Positions 9,798-19,107 of a stretch of 37,268 nucleotides of DNA are shown here, in pieces. Source of the stretch: Candidatus Udaeobacter sp. (lineage in GTDB: Bacteria > Verrucomicrobiota > Verrucomicrobiia > Chthoniobacterales > UBA10450). The number at the start of each line of letters is the position of its first letter. Within the stretch, counting starts at the first letter, position 1. The stretch is from positions 1-37,268 of the forward strand of contig DATARG010000164.1 in the NCBI GenBank assembly GCA_036264275.1, written 5' to 3'. The notes beneath the pieces were generated by a model, which saw nothing but the letters and a program-made list of their open reading frames with translations, ran no database searches and was not told the DNA's origin. The position numbers and the translations under genes are program-made.

Positions 9798-12199
9798 CAA
9801 AAATCAGTCGACGCCCAGAATTTTGCGAAAGCTCGGGGCCAGCTTCTGTCTGTAACACTGGCGCGAGCAGACTTGGCCATGCGTTCGCGCAGCGCTCGAT
9901 TAGTGACGAGTGTTCCGATCGCGCGTTTAAAGTCTTCGACGTCATGTGCTCTGGTGATCAGACCGTTTGCCTTGTCCACAACCAATTCTTTGGGACCACC
10001 AGAATCGGAAACCACAACTGGCAATCCGGATGCCTGTGCTTCGAGAATTACGTTGCCAAACGTGTCGGTGGTGCTGGGAAAAACAAAAATATCCGCCGAC
10101 GCATATGCGGCAGCTAATTCCTTCCCTTTTAGGTAACCGGTAAAAAACGCCTGGGGCAAAGACTTCGCGAGCGCTTCGGAATACGGGCCATGACCGACGA
10201 CAAAAAGTTGAACAGGAGCGCCTTCCTTGCGCAGACGGCGATAAGCGTCAGCCAAAAGGTCGAGATCTTTTTCTCGTGAAATGCGGCCGACATAGAGCAG
10301 GCGAACCTCGCCGTTCGATGCGCCGAATTTTTCAAAAAACGCGGGATTGCGTCGAGCGGGGTGGAACAGTTCGGTGTCGAGGCCGCGCGGCAAGATGTTC
10401 AGTTTTGCTGGGTCGAATCCCCGTTTAATCCAGCTTTGCCTGTACTCTTCGGAATTCACGAAAACAGTATCGAGCTGCCCATAGAACCAGTGCATGTAAC
10501 GCCATGTGACGCTTTCAAGAAAACTGTCCTCAGTCAGGATCCGAATGTATTGTGGGAAATCGGTGTGATAGATGCCACTGGTTTGGAGGTTGAGCATTTT
10601 GGCCGCGAGCAACGCGGTCAAACCAACCGGGCCGGGCGTGCTGATGATGATCTCGGTGAACCGTTCCCGCTGGACATAATCAAGCATTTGTAGAATTGGG
10701 GGGAAACTCAGTTTTTGCAGTTCGTATTCAGGCAACTCAAACTCGCCAATTGGGGGAAAGTTTTTGATGGGGATATCGGAAAGTTGAAGCTTCTTCCTTG
10801 AAGCTACGACGACCAATTCCTTTCCGGCAGCGGCTCCGGCGCCAGTCATCTTGCGGATGGTAGTGGCTACGCCGTTCACATCCTCCAATGTATCGGTGAA
10901 CCAGGCGCGTTTAAGATTTTGTAACGCAATCGGAACTTCGCCGGTCAACTCCTGGAAAAGGTTCCGCAGCCATTTCCGAGAAGGCGCCTGACTGTGAAAG
11001 CCATAGATATATGGGGTCAGGATCACAAGGATTGGAGCAATCGCGCTGAGAGCCTGCATGCTCTCCACCATGTTTCCGTTACTGATTTGTTGGATGAATT
11101 TGTTGAAGAACCGAAACGCCAGCTGCTCGGCGACCATGTTCGCCATAAAAAATGTCCGCCGCTCCGGTTCGCTCACCTTGTCTAGTTGCGTGGCTAGTCT
11201 TGCCTTCACCTCCGGTCGTGCGAAATAACCGGACAGCTCTTTCCACAGCGAGACGTTTGCGGGCTTTGCGAAATCAAAAATCTTTCCTGACAAAACACCC
11301 TGGACGATGAATTCGGTTTTCTCCTTCAGCGTGAACTCGGTTGGGTCACGGCCCTCCATGAAACGTGAGAACATTTTCTCTAGCAACACCCCACCGGGGC
11401 CGAGCTTTTCTTGGAAACGGTCCTGGATAAAGCACGCGACGGTGTTGTAAAAACCATGCGATAAAATCAGCGGCGTTCCGCCCTGGCCGCATGGTGTGCA
11501 GTCACCATTCCGAACGAATTTTAAGAATCGTTCCGCGGATTTGGTGGCGGGCGTTTCTGTAAAAGCCGAGGCCGCGAACTGTCCTCCGTGATCGTCCGAG
11601 CCGGCCACCAGTATTTTTCTCCATGGCTCCGCATGTGTGGGCGCGACACCGTGACGAGCGGCAAATAAGTCAATCTTCTCCGGCGTTAATTGATTAAAAA
11701 GAGTTTGAGCCAGATCGCTCAGAAGCGCGTCACGCAAACCATTGACGCCTTCGAAATGTCTGAACAGAAGAATTAGCTGCTCGAGGTGCATTGCCTCGAG
11801 TTTGCCGTTCACACTGTATAACGGATGCGCGACAGCGTGAGCGATTTGCCCGCGCTGGAGGTACCGCTGTAGATCAAAAATGTTTTCGCGGACGCTTTCG
11901 ATATCGCGATGTTGCCGTTCTGAAATCCCCCACACTAAAATGTGCAGCTTGCAGGCGTCGTGCGGAAAATATGTGGTGACCTGTTCGCTAATGAAGGTTC
12001 GGGGCAGGTGCGCAATTTCCAGACAACCATCGATCGAATCGTGATCGGTGATGGTAACGTAATCCATCCCACGTTTGCGCAGTTGGTAATACAACTTCTT
12101 TGGATCGGAATAGCTGTCGGGAAAATCGAAGCGGCGGAAGAGCCATTCTTCCGAGCGCGCACTGTGGCGCGAGTGGATATGTAAATCGCATCTGCTCAC
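9797..12199 (-). CDS. PHP-domain phosphoesterase fused to a GT4 (group 1) glycosyltransferase
   Basis: 800-aa ORF. The N-terminus has PHP metal ligands CDLHIHSRHS, TITDHDS, AHPLY and GSDDHG. The C-terminal ~360 aa is GT-B/GT4-like (FVFPSTTDTFGNVILEAQASGLPVVVSDSGGPKELV). About 220 aa of unassigned linker lies between them. Confidence 0.85.
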   Translation of the reverse strand: MSRCDLHIHSRHSARSEEWLFRRFDFPDSYSDPKKLYYQLRKRGMDYVTITDHDSIDGCLEIAHLPRTFISEQVTTYFPHDACKLHILVWGISERQHRDIESVRENIFDLQRYLQRGQIAHAVAHPLYSVNGKLEAMHLEQLILLFRHFEGVNGLRDALLSDLAQTLFNQLTPEKIDLFAARHGVAPTHAEPWRKILVAGSDDHGGQFAASAFTETPATKSAERFLKFVRNGDCTPCGQGGTPLILSHGFYNTVACFIQDRFQEKLGPGGVLLEKMFSRFMEGRDPTEFTLKEKTEFIVQGVLSGKIFDFAKPANVSLWKELSGYFARPEVKARLATQLDKVSEPERRTFFMANMVAEQLAFRFFNKFIQQISNGNMVESMQALSAIAPILVILTPYIYGFHSQAPSRKWLRNLFQELTGEVPIALQNLKRAWFTDTLEDVNGVATTIRKMTGAGAAAGKELVVVASRKKLQLSDIPIKNFPPIGEFELPEYELQKLSFPPILQMLDYVQRERFTEIIISTPGPVGLTALLAAKMLNLQTSGIYHTDFPQYIRILTEDSFLESVTWRYMHWFYGQLDTVFVNSEEYRQSWIKRGFDPAKLNILPRGLDTELFHPARRNPAFFEKFGASNGEVRLLYVGRISREKDLDLLADAYRRLRKEGAPVQLFVVGHGPYSEALAKSLPQAFFTGYLKGKELAAAYASADIFVFPSTTDTFGNVILEAQASGLPVVVSDSGGPKELVVDKANGLITRAHDVEDFKRAIGTLVTNRALRERMAKSARASVTDRSWPRAFAKFWASTDF

Positions 12200-12200
12200 A

Positions 12201-13010
12201 TTACGCTCCTCCCTTTAACCGTTGTTCAGCGATCCAATCCTGATACGTCGTAGCGGTTCGCGCATCTTTCGTTGCCGAAATGAAGCCGAGAATCTGTTTC
12301 CAAATAATCGGCTGGGAATAATCGGGCGGATGAATGCTAATCCGCAAGAGCGGTTTGTTCTGCAGTAAGCGGAACAGGGCCGCATTCCAACTTCGGCTGA
12401 GCACGCGCCGCCAATTATTTTGGACACTGTAAACGAGCGTTCTCGCTGGAAATGTCGAGTCCGAGCGGAGATCGCATATCGTGCGCAGGCGGGTCGTGTA
12501 TTCCAATTCTGCATCGCGAACGGCTTGCTCTGCTTCGTTTCCCAATAACCACGCTGGCGCGATGAAACCGCGTGGCTTGAGTCCGAGCGCACGGAATTCA
12601 TCTCGCGCTCTGGTGATGCGCCGCAGAGATTCCTCATAGCTCAAATCGTAGAATTCGCCTTCGTTTTGGGTGTAAAACCTGGTCAGAAATTTATCCCGCA
12701 AAGTTTCTTCTTTTTGAGACGGGCGTTGATGAAAATAGCCGTGGATCACGATTTCGTGGCCGTCGGCTTCCAGATCCCGAAGCCATGTCACGAATTCGCG
12801 GTGCGCCGCGAAGCACCCTTCATGGTGATAATCCGGCACCACAAGAACTGAACAAACACGCACGCCATGCGCGCTCAATTCTGAAATGATCGTGCTTGCG
12901 ATTTGCTGAGTGCGAGGAGCAACGTCGTGCAAAGACACGACGACGGAATCCGCAGCGGCCTCTGCAGTCGCCACGAGCGGAAGGAACTCTGTTGCCGCTA
13001 TCGTATCCAT
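12201..13010 (-). CDS. DUF2334 family protein (polysaccharide deacetylase-like fold)
   Basis: 269-aa ORF with VVVSLHDVAPRT...VLVVPDYHH...IHGYFH...EGEF...GFIAPAW, which matches my recollection of the DUF2334 pattern. Its stop lies 1 nt before the PHP-GT4 start, consistent with an operon. Confidence 0.7.
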   Translation of the reverse strand: MDTIAATEFLPLVATAEAAADSVVVSLHDVAPRTQQIASTIISELSAHGVRVCSVLVVPDYHHEGCFAAHREFVTWLRDLEADGHEIVIHGYFHQRPSQKEETLRDKFLTRFYTQNEGEFYDLSYEESLRRITRARDEFRALGLKPRGFIAPAWLLGNEAEQAVRDAELEYTTRLRTICDLRSDSTFPARTLVYSVQNNWRRVLSRSWNAALFRLLQNKPLLRISIHPPDYSQPIIWKQILGFISATKDARTATTYQDWIAEQRLKGGA

Positions 13011-13205
13011 CTTTCAAATTTTCCGTCTTCGAGCAGCGTTGAACAAGGCAAAAGGCACACGACTCTATTATCGGCCGGCATGGCGCTGCGCCGTCCGACC
13101 CACCAGGCGCCTCGCCGGATAGTAATCGTATGCCGCCGTGATCAGGGTTCCGAATATTTCACTGATGCCGTATTCGGTTTTATCGAACCCCGCTCTCAAT
13201 GCGTC

Positions 13206-13616
13206 CTACCCGCCGCCCATATTTACGATTTTCCGAAACGCTGGTTCCGACAGAGGCATGACTGATAAACGCGATTGACGTACTAATGGAATCTCTTTCA
13301 AGCGCGAATTGCCCTTGATCTCGCGAAGTGTAACCGGCCGAGCCAGTGGTCTGACCGCAGCAAGATCGACAGTCGACCAGTCGCCTTCTTTTGTTGTAGC
13401 ATCGGGATAAGCGGTTCGCACTACCTTGGCGATCCCAACCACAGCTTTTTCCTCGCCGCTGTGATAGAACAGAACCTCATCGGTTTTTTGCATTTTCCGG
13501 AGATTATTTCGAGCAGCAAAATTGCGGACGCCTGTCCAGCTAGTCTCGCCGTCGGCAACGAAATCAGACCACGAATATGAAGATGGCTCCTGTTTCACCA
13601 GCCAAAAGTTTTTCAT
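13206..13616 (-). CDS. EVE (PUA-like) domain protein
   Basis: 136-aa ORF with the typical stand-alone EVE opening MKNFWLVKQEPSSYSWSDF...W.GVRNFAARNNLRKM..GD.VLFYHS. Confidence 0.78.
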   Translation of the reverse strand: MKNFWLVKQEPSSYSWSDFVADGETSWTGVRNFAARNNLRKMQKTDEVLFYHSGEEKAVVGIAKVVRTAYPDATTKEGDWSTVDLAAVRPLARPVTLREIKGNSRLKEIPLVRQSRLSVMPLSEPAFRKIVNMGGG

Positions 13617-13785
13617 TGGCTAAAGGATAATCAGAAAATGTCTCGGCGGAAATCTAACTGGTCGCTGTAGTGTGCCCTGTCCTCCGCGCATTCCTTCGGC
13701 CGAATAATTCGTCTAATCCGCAAGAGACAGCAGGCGCTATCGTTAGGGGTTCGACTTTTTGGCTGCTTTGTTTCACAATCGATAA

Positions 13786-14439
13786 ATGCCGCGAGTGCCG
13801 TTCATCACGTTCGAGGGATCAGAAGGAAGCGGGAAATCCACACAAGCCGACAGACTTGCGGCGCGTCTTCAGCGACACGGCCTTCCTTATATCCTGACGC
13901 GTGAACCTGGCGGAACGCCGATCGGGGAAAATATTCGCGAGCTTTTGCAGTTTGCTCCCCATAACTCGAACATGACGTCAGAGTGCGAGCTACTTCTGTT
14001 TGAAGCTAGTCGCAGCCAGCTTGTTCGCGAAGTAATCAGACCCGCCCTTGAACGTAGTATGTGCGTGATTGCCGATAGGTTCTTTGATTCCACCACCATT
14101 TATCAGGGAGCGGCACGCAAATTGGATCGCGAGATCATCGATCGGTTGAATGCGTTCGCCGTCGGCGATTGCGTCCCGAATATCACATTCGTGCTCGATG
14201 TCGATGCTGCGACTGCTGAAGCGCGAATGCAGCATGAGCCGCGCAGGGCGGATCGAATGGAACAACAGCCAGCCGAATTTTATGAGCGCGTTCGGCAAGG
14301 ATATCGCGAGCTCGCTGCGCACGAGCCAAAGCGCATCATATTGATCGATGGTTCGCGCAATCCAGACGAAATTGAACGAGAGATCTGGGAAAAATTGTTT
14401 TCACGTTTTTCTTTGCTGGCAGAGACATCGGACAGTTGA
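13786..14439 (+). CDS. tmk: thymidylate kinase
   Basis: 217-aa ORF with P-loop ITFEGSEGSGKSTQ, a DRF motif (IADRFFDST) and a lid region. Confidence 0.9.
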   Translation: MPRVPFITFEGSEGSGKSTQADRLAARLQRHGLPYILTREPGGTPIGENIRELLQFAPHNSNMTSECELLLFEASRSQLVREVIRPALERSMCVIADRFFDSTTIYQGAARKLDREIIDRLNAFAVGDCVPNITFVLDVDAATAEARMQHEPRRADRMEQQPAEFYERVRQGYRELAAHEPKRIILIDGSRNPDEIEREIWEKLFSRFSLLAETSDS

Positions 14440-14440
14440 A

Positions 14441-15412
14441 ATGGCTTTCGCGCGTACGACTGCACTCGAATTCTTGCGCCGGGCGCATGAGCAGAAACGA
14501 CTTGCGCATGCGTATCTGATCACCGGAGTGCCGGGAAGCGGCAAGGAATCGCTCGCAGCGGAGCTGGCGAATTTGGTCAATGGCACCGCAATCGAAGATG
14601 TTTTTTCGGCCAAAGCTCGAGAGGTTTTCATTGCTCGTCCCGAATCGAAATCGCGCCGCATTGTCACTGCGCAGATCCGTGCATTGGAGCACGCGCTTCA
14701 AATGCGAACAGCGGACGGCCGCCGCAAAGTAGTGATCATTCCCGACGCAGACCGGCTCCAGACCGAAGCAGCGAACGCATTTCTCAAAACACTTGAAGAA
14801 CCGCCGAAAGATTCGCTCTTGCTGCTCTTAAGCGCTCTGCCCGAGGCTTTGCCGGAAACGATTCTCTCGCGATGCATTGCCATTCCACTTGCGTCAGACG
14901 GCGAGTCTCAGACCAAGAAAGAAGAAGAGAAACTCGTGAAACTGCTGCAACAAGCATCCCGCCAAAGTACCTGGAGTATTCAATTTGCGTATCGACTTGC
15001 TCAGGAGTTTCAACAACTACTCCGAACAATACGTGAGGAGGTGAAGCACCAAAGCGATGACGCACTAAAACGGGAGCAAATGCGTTACAAGGATGCAACC
15101 GACGGCACCTGGCTGGAAGAACGAGAGGAATATTACAAGGCGCTGACAGAAAGTCTTTACCTCCAACGGCGCGCTGCGCTGGTTGAAACGTTGTTTGCCT
15201 GGTGGACGGACGTTCTTCGTGCGAGGAACCAGGTCGCACAAAGGGACCTCGCAGCCGCCAAACAGGAAACAGCTGCGCTCGCACATCGCTTTAACACAGC
15301 CGAAATCTTACGCCGGATCCGTTGGCTCGAAGAATTGCGCGATCATCTCAATCGAAACATTCACGAAAGCCTTGCTATTGAAGTGGCGTTTCTAGCGATC
15401 TTCATTGCGTAG
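14441..15412 (+). CDS. holB: DNA polymerase III subunit delta-prime
   Basis: The track ORF starts at 14348, but the ATG at 14441 (MAFARTTALEFLRRAHEQKRLAHAYLITGVPGSGK) lies 1 nt after the tmk stop. KTLEEPP motif present. The tmk-holB gene order is classical. Confidence 0.8.
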   Translation: MAFARTTALEFLRRAHEQKRLAHAYLITGVPGSGKESLAAELANLVNGTAIEDVFSAKAREVFIARPESKSRRIVTAQIRALEHALQMRTADGRRKVVIIPDADRLQTEAANAFLKTLEEPPKDSLLLLLSALPEALPETILSRCIAIPLASDGESQTKKEEEKLVKLLQQASRQSTWSIQFAYRLAQEFQQLLRTIREEVKHQSDDALKREQMRYKDATDGTWLEEREEYYKALTESLYLQRRAALVETLFAWWTDVLRARNQVAQRDLAAAKQETAALAHRFNTAEILRRIRWLEELRDHLNRNIHESLAIEVAFLAIFIA

Positions 15413-15481
15413 TTGTGCGCATTTCTGGCGGTTCGGGGAAGGTTTTCCAAACCTGTGTTCATCCACCGTCAGGTTGACAAA

Positions 15482-16171
15482 ATGCTGTCTGAACTTATCC
15501 AGTATCCGCGTATGCGATATGTTTACCGATTAATTTTGCTATGCGCCGGCTCTTTGGCTCTGCTGCTTACCGGTTGTGCCACAGGAGGGCATGTAAGCGC
15601 TGGCGGCCCGTACCACGTCACCGCGTATAAGCCGAACGACCCATCCAAGGTGCGCGTCCTGGTTTCGCTCTCGCAGGAGAACGTCTATGTAATGGAGGGC
15701 GACCGCTGCCTGATGGCCGCGGCCATTTCGGTTGGTATGCCCAATAAGCCGACACCGAAAGGCAATTTTCACATCTACTCGAAACAGGAGCACAAGCGTT
15801 CTGGATCTTACGGATTCAGTGTGCAAGGCGATCGAATCGTTCCCTCTACCGGCGGTGGAGCGGGGCGTTACGTCGGATATCCGATGGGATATTGGTGTGA
15901 GTTCGCGCCAGCGTATGGCTTTCACCAGGGTTTCGTCCATCCCACACCACGCACACATGGATGCATTCGCTTGAAGGGTGAAGCGGCGGCGAAATTTTAC
16001 GCACTAGTCCGTATCGGGACGCCGGTGGACATTGCTAGTACTCAACCCGAGGACCAAACAATCGGACCGAAAGTGCAGCGAGTCGACGATTCTAAGACGC
16101 CTGATCCTCCACCCTCTGTTATGGTTTCGGAGGCCGCGTTTGAGAAACCGAGCGGGCCTCTGCTGCAATAG
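15482..16171 (+). CDS. L,D-transpeptidase (YkuD domain) lipoprotein
   Basis: Lipobox LLLTGCA and catalytic HPTPRTHGCIRL. The track start is TTG 15413; ATG 15482 or ATG 15512 are more plausible. Confidence 0.8.
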   Translation: MLSELIQYPRMRYVYRLILLCAGSLALLLTGCATGGHVSAGGPYHVTAYKPNDPSKVRVLVSLSQENVYVMEGDRCLMAAAISVGMPNKPTPKGNFHIYSKQEHKRSGSYGFSVQGDRIVPSTGGGAGRYVGYPMGYWCEFAPAYGFHQGFVHPTPRTHGCIRLKGEAAAKFYALVRIGTPVDIASTQPEDQTIGPKVQRVDDSKTPDPPPSVMVSEAAFEKPSGPLLQ

Positions 16172-16293
16172 CGGAATTGAGTTGTATTGCGGCCACCGCT
16201 GCAGCGTGGCATGTTAGCGAGCGAAACATCTCTGGCTATCGGTCTGGGCGGATGATCTGAGATTCTTCGCTTCCCCAGAATGACAATCCTGCT

Positions 16294-17532
16294 ATGAGCA
16301 CGAACCTGATTTCCAGCGGCACAACTGCCCGCCAGAAAGTGAATTTGCGCACGCCAGATGTCATGGCCGCTGTGCAGCAACAGGTCGAGTCACATTACCG
16401 CAGCGATATCATCGAAAAGGTCCGGCGCGCGGGTGGAATCATTTCGGTTGGAGATACGACAGTGCGCCTGGCGAAACAGTTTGGTTTTTGCTACGGCGTC
16501 GAACGCGCGATCGATCTGGCCTACGCCGCGCGGAAGGTCTTCAAGGATCGCCGCTTGTTCATTGTGGGAGAGATTATTCATAACCCCGAGGTCAATCATC
16601 AGATCGCCTCGTTAGGTATCAAGAATCTCACCGGTAAGAATAAAGAAGCGGACGTCGCCGATCTAGGCCCCGAGGACGTCGTTATCGTGCCGGCGTTTGG
16701 AACCGAATTGTCGATCCAGCAACAGATCAAGGATCGCGGCTGCCAGATTGTTGATACGACTTGCGGGGACGTAATGAGCGTTTGGAAGCGAGTACGCAAA
16801 TACGCAAGTGAATCGGCTACATCCATCATTCATGGAAAGGCGGAGCACGAAGAGACCAAAGCCACGAGTTCGCGCGCTCTCGGCGATGGTAGTGGACACT
16901 ATCTCGTCGTCCTGACGCTGGCGGATACCGATTACGTTTGTGATTACATCCGGCGTGGTGGAGACAGACAAGCGTTCCTGGAAAGATTTAAGGGCGCGCA
17001 TTCGCCCGGCTTTGAGCCTGACTCACACCTACAAACAGTTGGCGTAGCTAATCAAACCACCATGTTGCGCGGGGAAACTGAGGAAGTGCAACGCCGAGTT
17101 CGTCAGGCGATCATTGATCGAGACGGGCCTGAACTTGCTGAGAAAAATTTCCGGTTCTTTGACACGATCTGTGGCGCCACACAGGAGCGCCAGGATGCAT
17201 TGCGCGAATTGCTGGACGTGCGCATGGACCTGTTGCTCGTCGTTGGCGGGTACAACAGCTCGAATACATCGCACCTGGCCGAGATGGGCGAAGAGAAGTT
17301 GCCGACATATTTTGTGCTGAACGCTTCGCGGCTCGTTTCCGCTACCGAGATCAAGCACTACAACTTGCACGAGAAACGGGAGGTCGTTTCACACTTTTGG
17401 TTGCCGAATGAGCCCGCTGTGATCGGCATCACCGCCGGCGACTCCTGCCCGAACAACTTGATCGAAGAAACGCTGATTCGGCTTTTTGAATTACGCGGCA
17501 TCTCACGCCGAGATCTCGAGCTGGCAGCCTGA
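16294..17532 (+). CDS. ispH: 4-hydroxy-3-methylbut-2-enyl diphosphate reductase (long form)
   Basis: 412-aa ORF with FGFCYGVERAI, TTCGDV and DTICGATQERQ cysteine motifs and GGYNSSNTSHL. Confidence 0.9.
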   Translation: MSTNLISSGTTARQKVNLRTPDVMAAVQQQVESHYRSDIIEKVRRAGGIISVGDTTVRLAKQFGFCYGVERAIDLAYAARKVFKDRRLFIVGEIIHNPEVNHQIASLGIKNLTGKNKEADVADLGPEDVVIVPAFGTELSIQQQIKDRGCQIVDTTCGDVMSVWKRVRKYASESATSIIHGKAEHEETKATSSRALGDGSGHYLVVLTLADTDYVCDYIRRGGDRQAFLERFKGAHSPGFEPDSHLQTVGVANQTTMLRGETEEVQRRVRQAIIDRDGPELAEKNFRFFDTICGATQERQDALRELLDVRMDLLLVVGGYNSSNTSHLAEMGEEKLPTYFVLNASRLVSATEIKHYNLHEKREVVSHFWLPNEPAVIGITAGDSCPNNLIEETLIRLFELRGISRRDLELAA

Positions 17533-17704
17533 TCAAAAAATTTCTGCAAGTTAGAGCGATTGAAACTCGCTCGCTTCCCGTTGCGGCTTTACCTTCTATC
17601 TCGCCGATCCCTCGGCTCGATTGACCTCAATGGTCCGCGGGGCGGTTCAACTGAACCGGCCCTATCTGCACGCAAATGGCCCGCGCACCACGAAGTAAGT
17701 TTGT

Positions 17705-18547
17705 ATGGCAAGAGCGATTTGGAAAGGCAGCATCAGCTTTGGGTTAGTCAACATACCGATCGCGCTCTATCCAGCTACGCGTCGCGAGGAACTGAAGTTC
17801 CGTCTTCTGCGCAAGTCCGATCTAAGCCCGGTGAACTACAAACGCGTTGCTGAAAAAGACGGCAAGGAGGTCCCGTGGGAGCAAATCGTTAAGGGCTATG
17901 AGTACGAGAAAGGCAAATACGTCGTACTGCAGGACGACGACTTTCAGCGCGTTGATCTCGAAGCAACTCAGACCGTCGACATCCAGGACTTTGTCGACCT
18001 GGAAGAAATCGATCCAATGTACTTCTATAAGCCGTACTATCTGGAGCCGCAGAAGGGCGGAGACAAAGCCTACGCGCTCCTTAGGGACGCTTTAAAAGAG
18101 ACTAACAAGGTCGGAGTCGCGAAGGTTGTCATCAAAACGCGGCAATATCTGGCGGGTGTTAAGCCAGAGGACGGTGCGCTCGTTCTTGAGTTGATGCATT
18201 TCGCTGATGAACTCGCGGACCCCGAGAAGCTTCATGTCCCAAAGAAACTGGAAGTCGGGAAACGGGAAATGAATATGGCCAAATCACTCATCGGCAGCAT
18301 GGCGTCGAAATGGCAGCCTGAAAAATACAAGGACGATTACCGCGAGGCACTCATGGAGGTGATTGAGGAAAAAGTGGAAGCTGGCGGAAAGGAAATTGAA
18401 GAGAAGCCGAGGAAAGCACCTAAACCGACCAAGGTGATCGACCTAGTAGCGGTTTTGCAAAAGAGCCTCGAGCAAAGTGAAGCGAAAGGAAAAGCCAAAG
18501 GCAAATCACGCGCGAAAACGAAGCAACCTGCAAAGAAAGCGGCGTAA
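17705..18547 (+). CDS. ku: non-homologous end-joining protein Ku
   Basis: 280-aa ORF opening MARAIWKGSISFGLVNIPIALYPA, with YYLEP and a lysine-rich C-terminal tail (KGKAKGKSRAKTKQPAKKAA). Confidence 0.9.
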   Translation: MARAIWKGSISFGLVNIPIALYPATRREELKFRLLRKSDLSPVNYKRVAEKDGKEVPWEQIVKGYEYEKGKYVVLQDDDFQRVDLEATQTVDIQDFVDLEEIDPMYFYKPYYLEPQKGGDKAYALLRDALKETNKVGVAKVVIKTRQYLAGVKPEDGALVLELMHFADELADPEKLHVPKKLEVGKREMNMAKSLIGSMASKWQPEKYKDDYREALMEVIEEKVEAGGKEIEEKPRKAPKPTKVIDLVAVLQKSLEQSEAKGKAKGKSRAKTKQPAKKAA

Positions 18548-18619
18548 CTGTAGCGGCGGTCTATGACCGCCGATCGTCGTGTACAAACCAATTTCGGCGC
18601 TTACGGAGCGCCGCTACAG
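18548..18619. repeat. REP-like double-hairpin element, copy 1
   Basis: CTGTAGCGGCG...CGCCGCTACAG is an 11-bp perfect terminal inverted repeat. It encloses hairpins CGGCGGTC-tat-GACCGCCG and GGCGCT-tacgg-AGCGCC, and starts on the nucleotide after the ku stop. Confidence 0.6.
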
Positions 18620-18672
18620 CAAACCGCGATTTTCTTGACACTTTGTCTCGAAATCATTCAGCCTGAGCGGTC

Positions 18673-19077
18673 ATGAATTCATTAACTCGGTATGCGGTTC
18701 CCTTCTATTCCATTATGCGGTTGGTCGTTGGTCTCATGTATTTTTGTCACGGCGCACAGAAAATCTTTGGATGGTTCGCGCCGCCGGGGCAACATGACGG
18801 TCATTTGCCGCCGCTCATGGTAACGGGCGGCTGGATTGAAGTCGTGGGCGGCCTGCTCATAGCATTTGGATTATTCACCCGTTTAGCCGCTTTCATCGCC
18901 AGCGGTGAAATGGCTGTGGCCTTCTTTATGATGCACGCAAAGGGCAGCATTTTACCGATTATCAACAAAGGCGAATTGGCGGTCGTGTATTGCTTCCTGT
19001 TCTTCTACATCTTCCTTTACGGGCCCGGCGCCTGGAGCCTGGATGTGATGTTGCGTAAAACCAAGCCTGTTAGCTAG
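18673..19077 (+). CDS. DoxX family membrane protein
   Basis: 134-aa ORF with four TM segments and a DoxX-like RLVVGLMYFCHGAQKIFGWF opening. Confidence 0.78.
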   Translation: MNSLTRYAVPFYSIMRLVVGLMYFCHGAQKIFGWFAPPGQHDGHLPPLMVTGGWIEVVGGLLIAFGLFTRLAAFIASGEMAVAFFMMHAKGSILPIINKGELAVVYCFLFFYIFLYGPGAWSLDVMLRKTKPVS

Positions 19078-19107
19078 ATTCTAGAATTCAACGTTTGGCG
19101 CTCCGTA

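Noticed and set aside
13068-13199. 43-codon minus-strand ORF (LRAGFDKTEYGISEIFGTLITAAYDYYPARRLVGRTAQRHAGR) in the EVE / DUF2334 spacer
   Set aside because: It has only a TTG start, no RBS seen and no family recognised, and it is too short to separate from chance. It could be a gene remnant, but I cannot support that.
19068-19074. GTTAGCT upstream of the dienelactone hydrolase gene, as a sign that this gene is also a cassette
   Set aside because: It is the last codons of the DoxX CDS (PVS-stop). The flanks lack attC-like arms, and the complementarity rule fails for the short site at 19897-19934.
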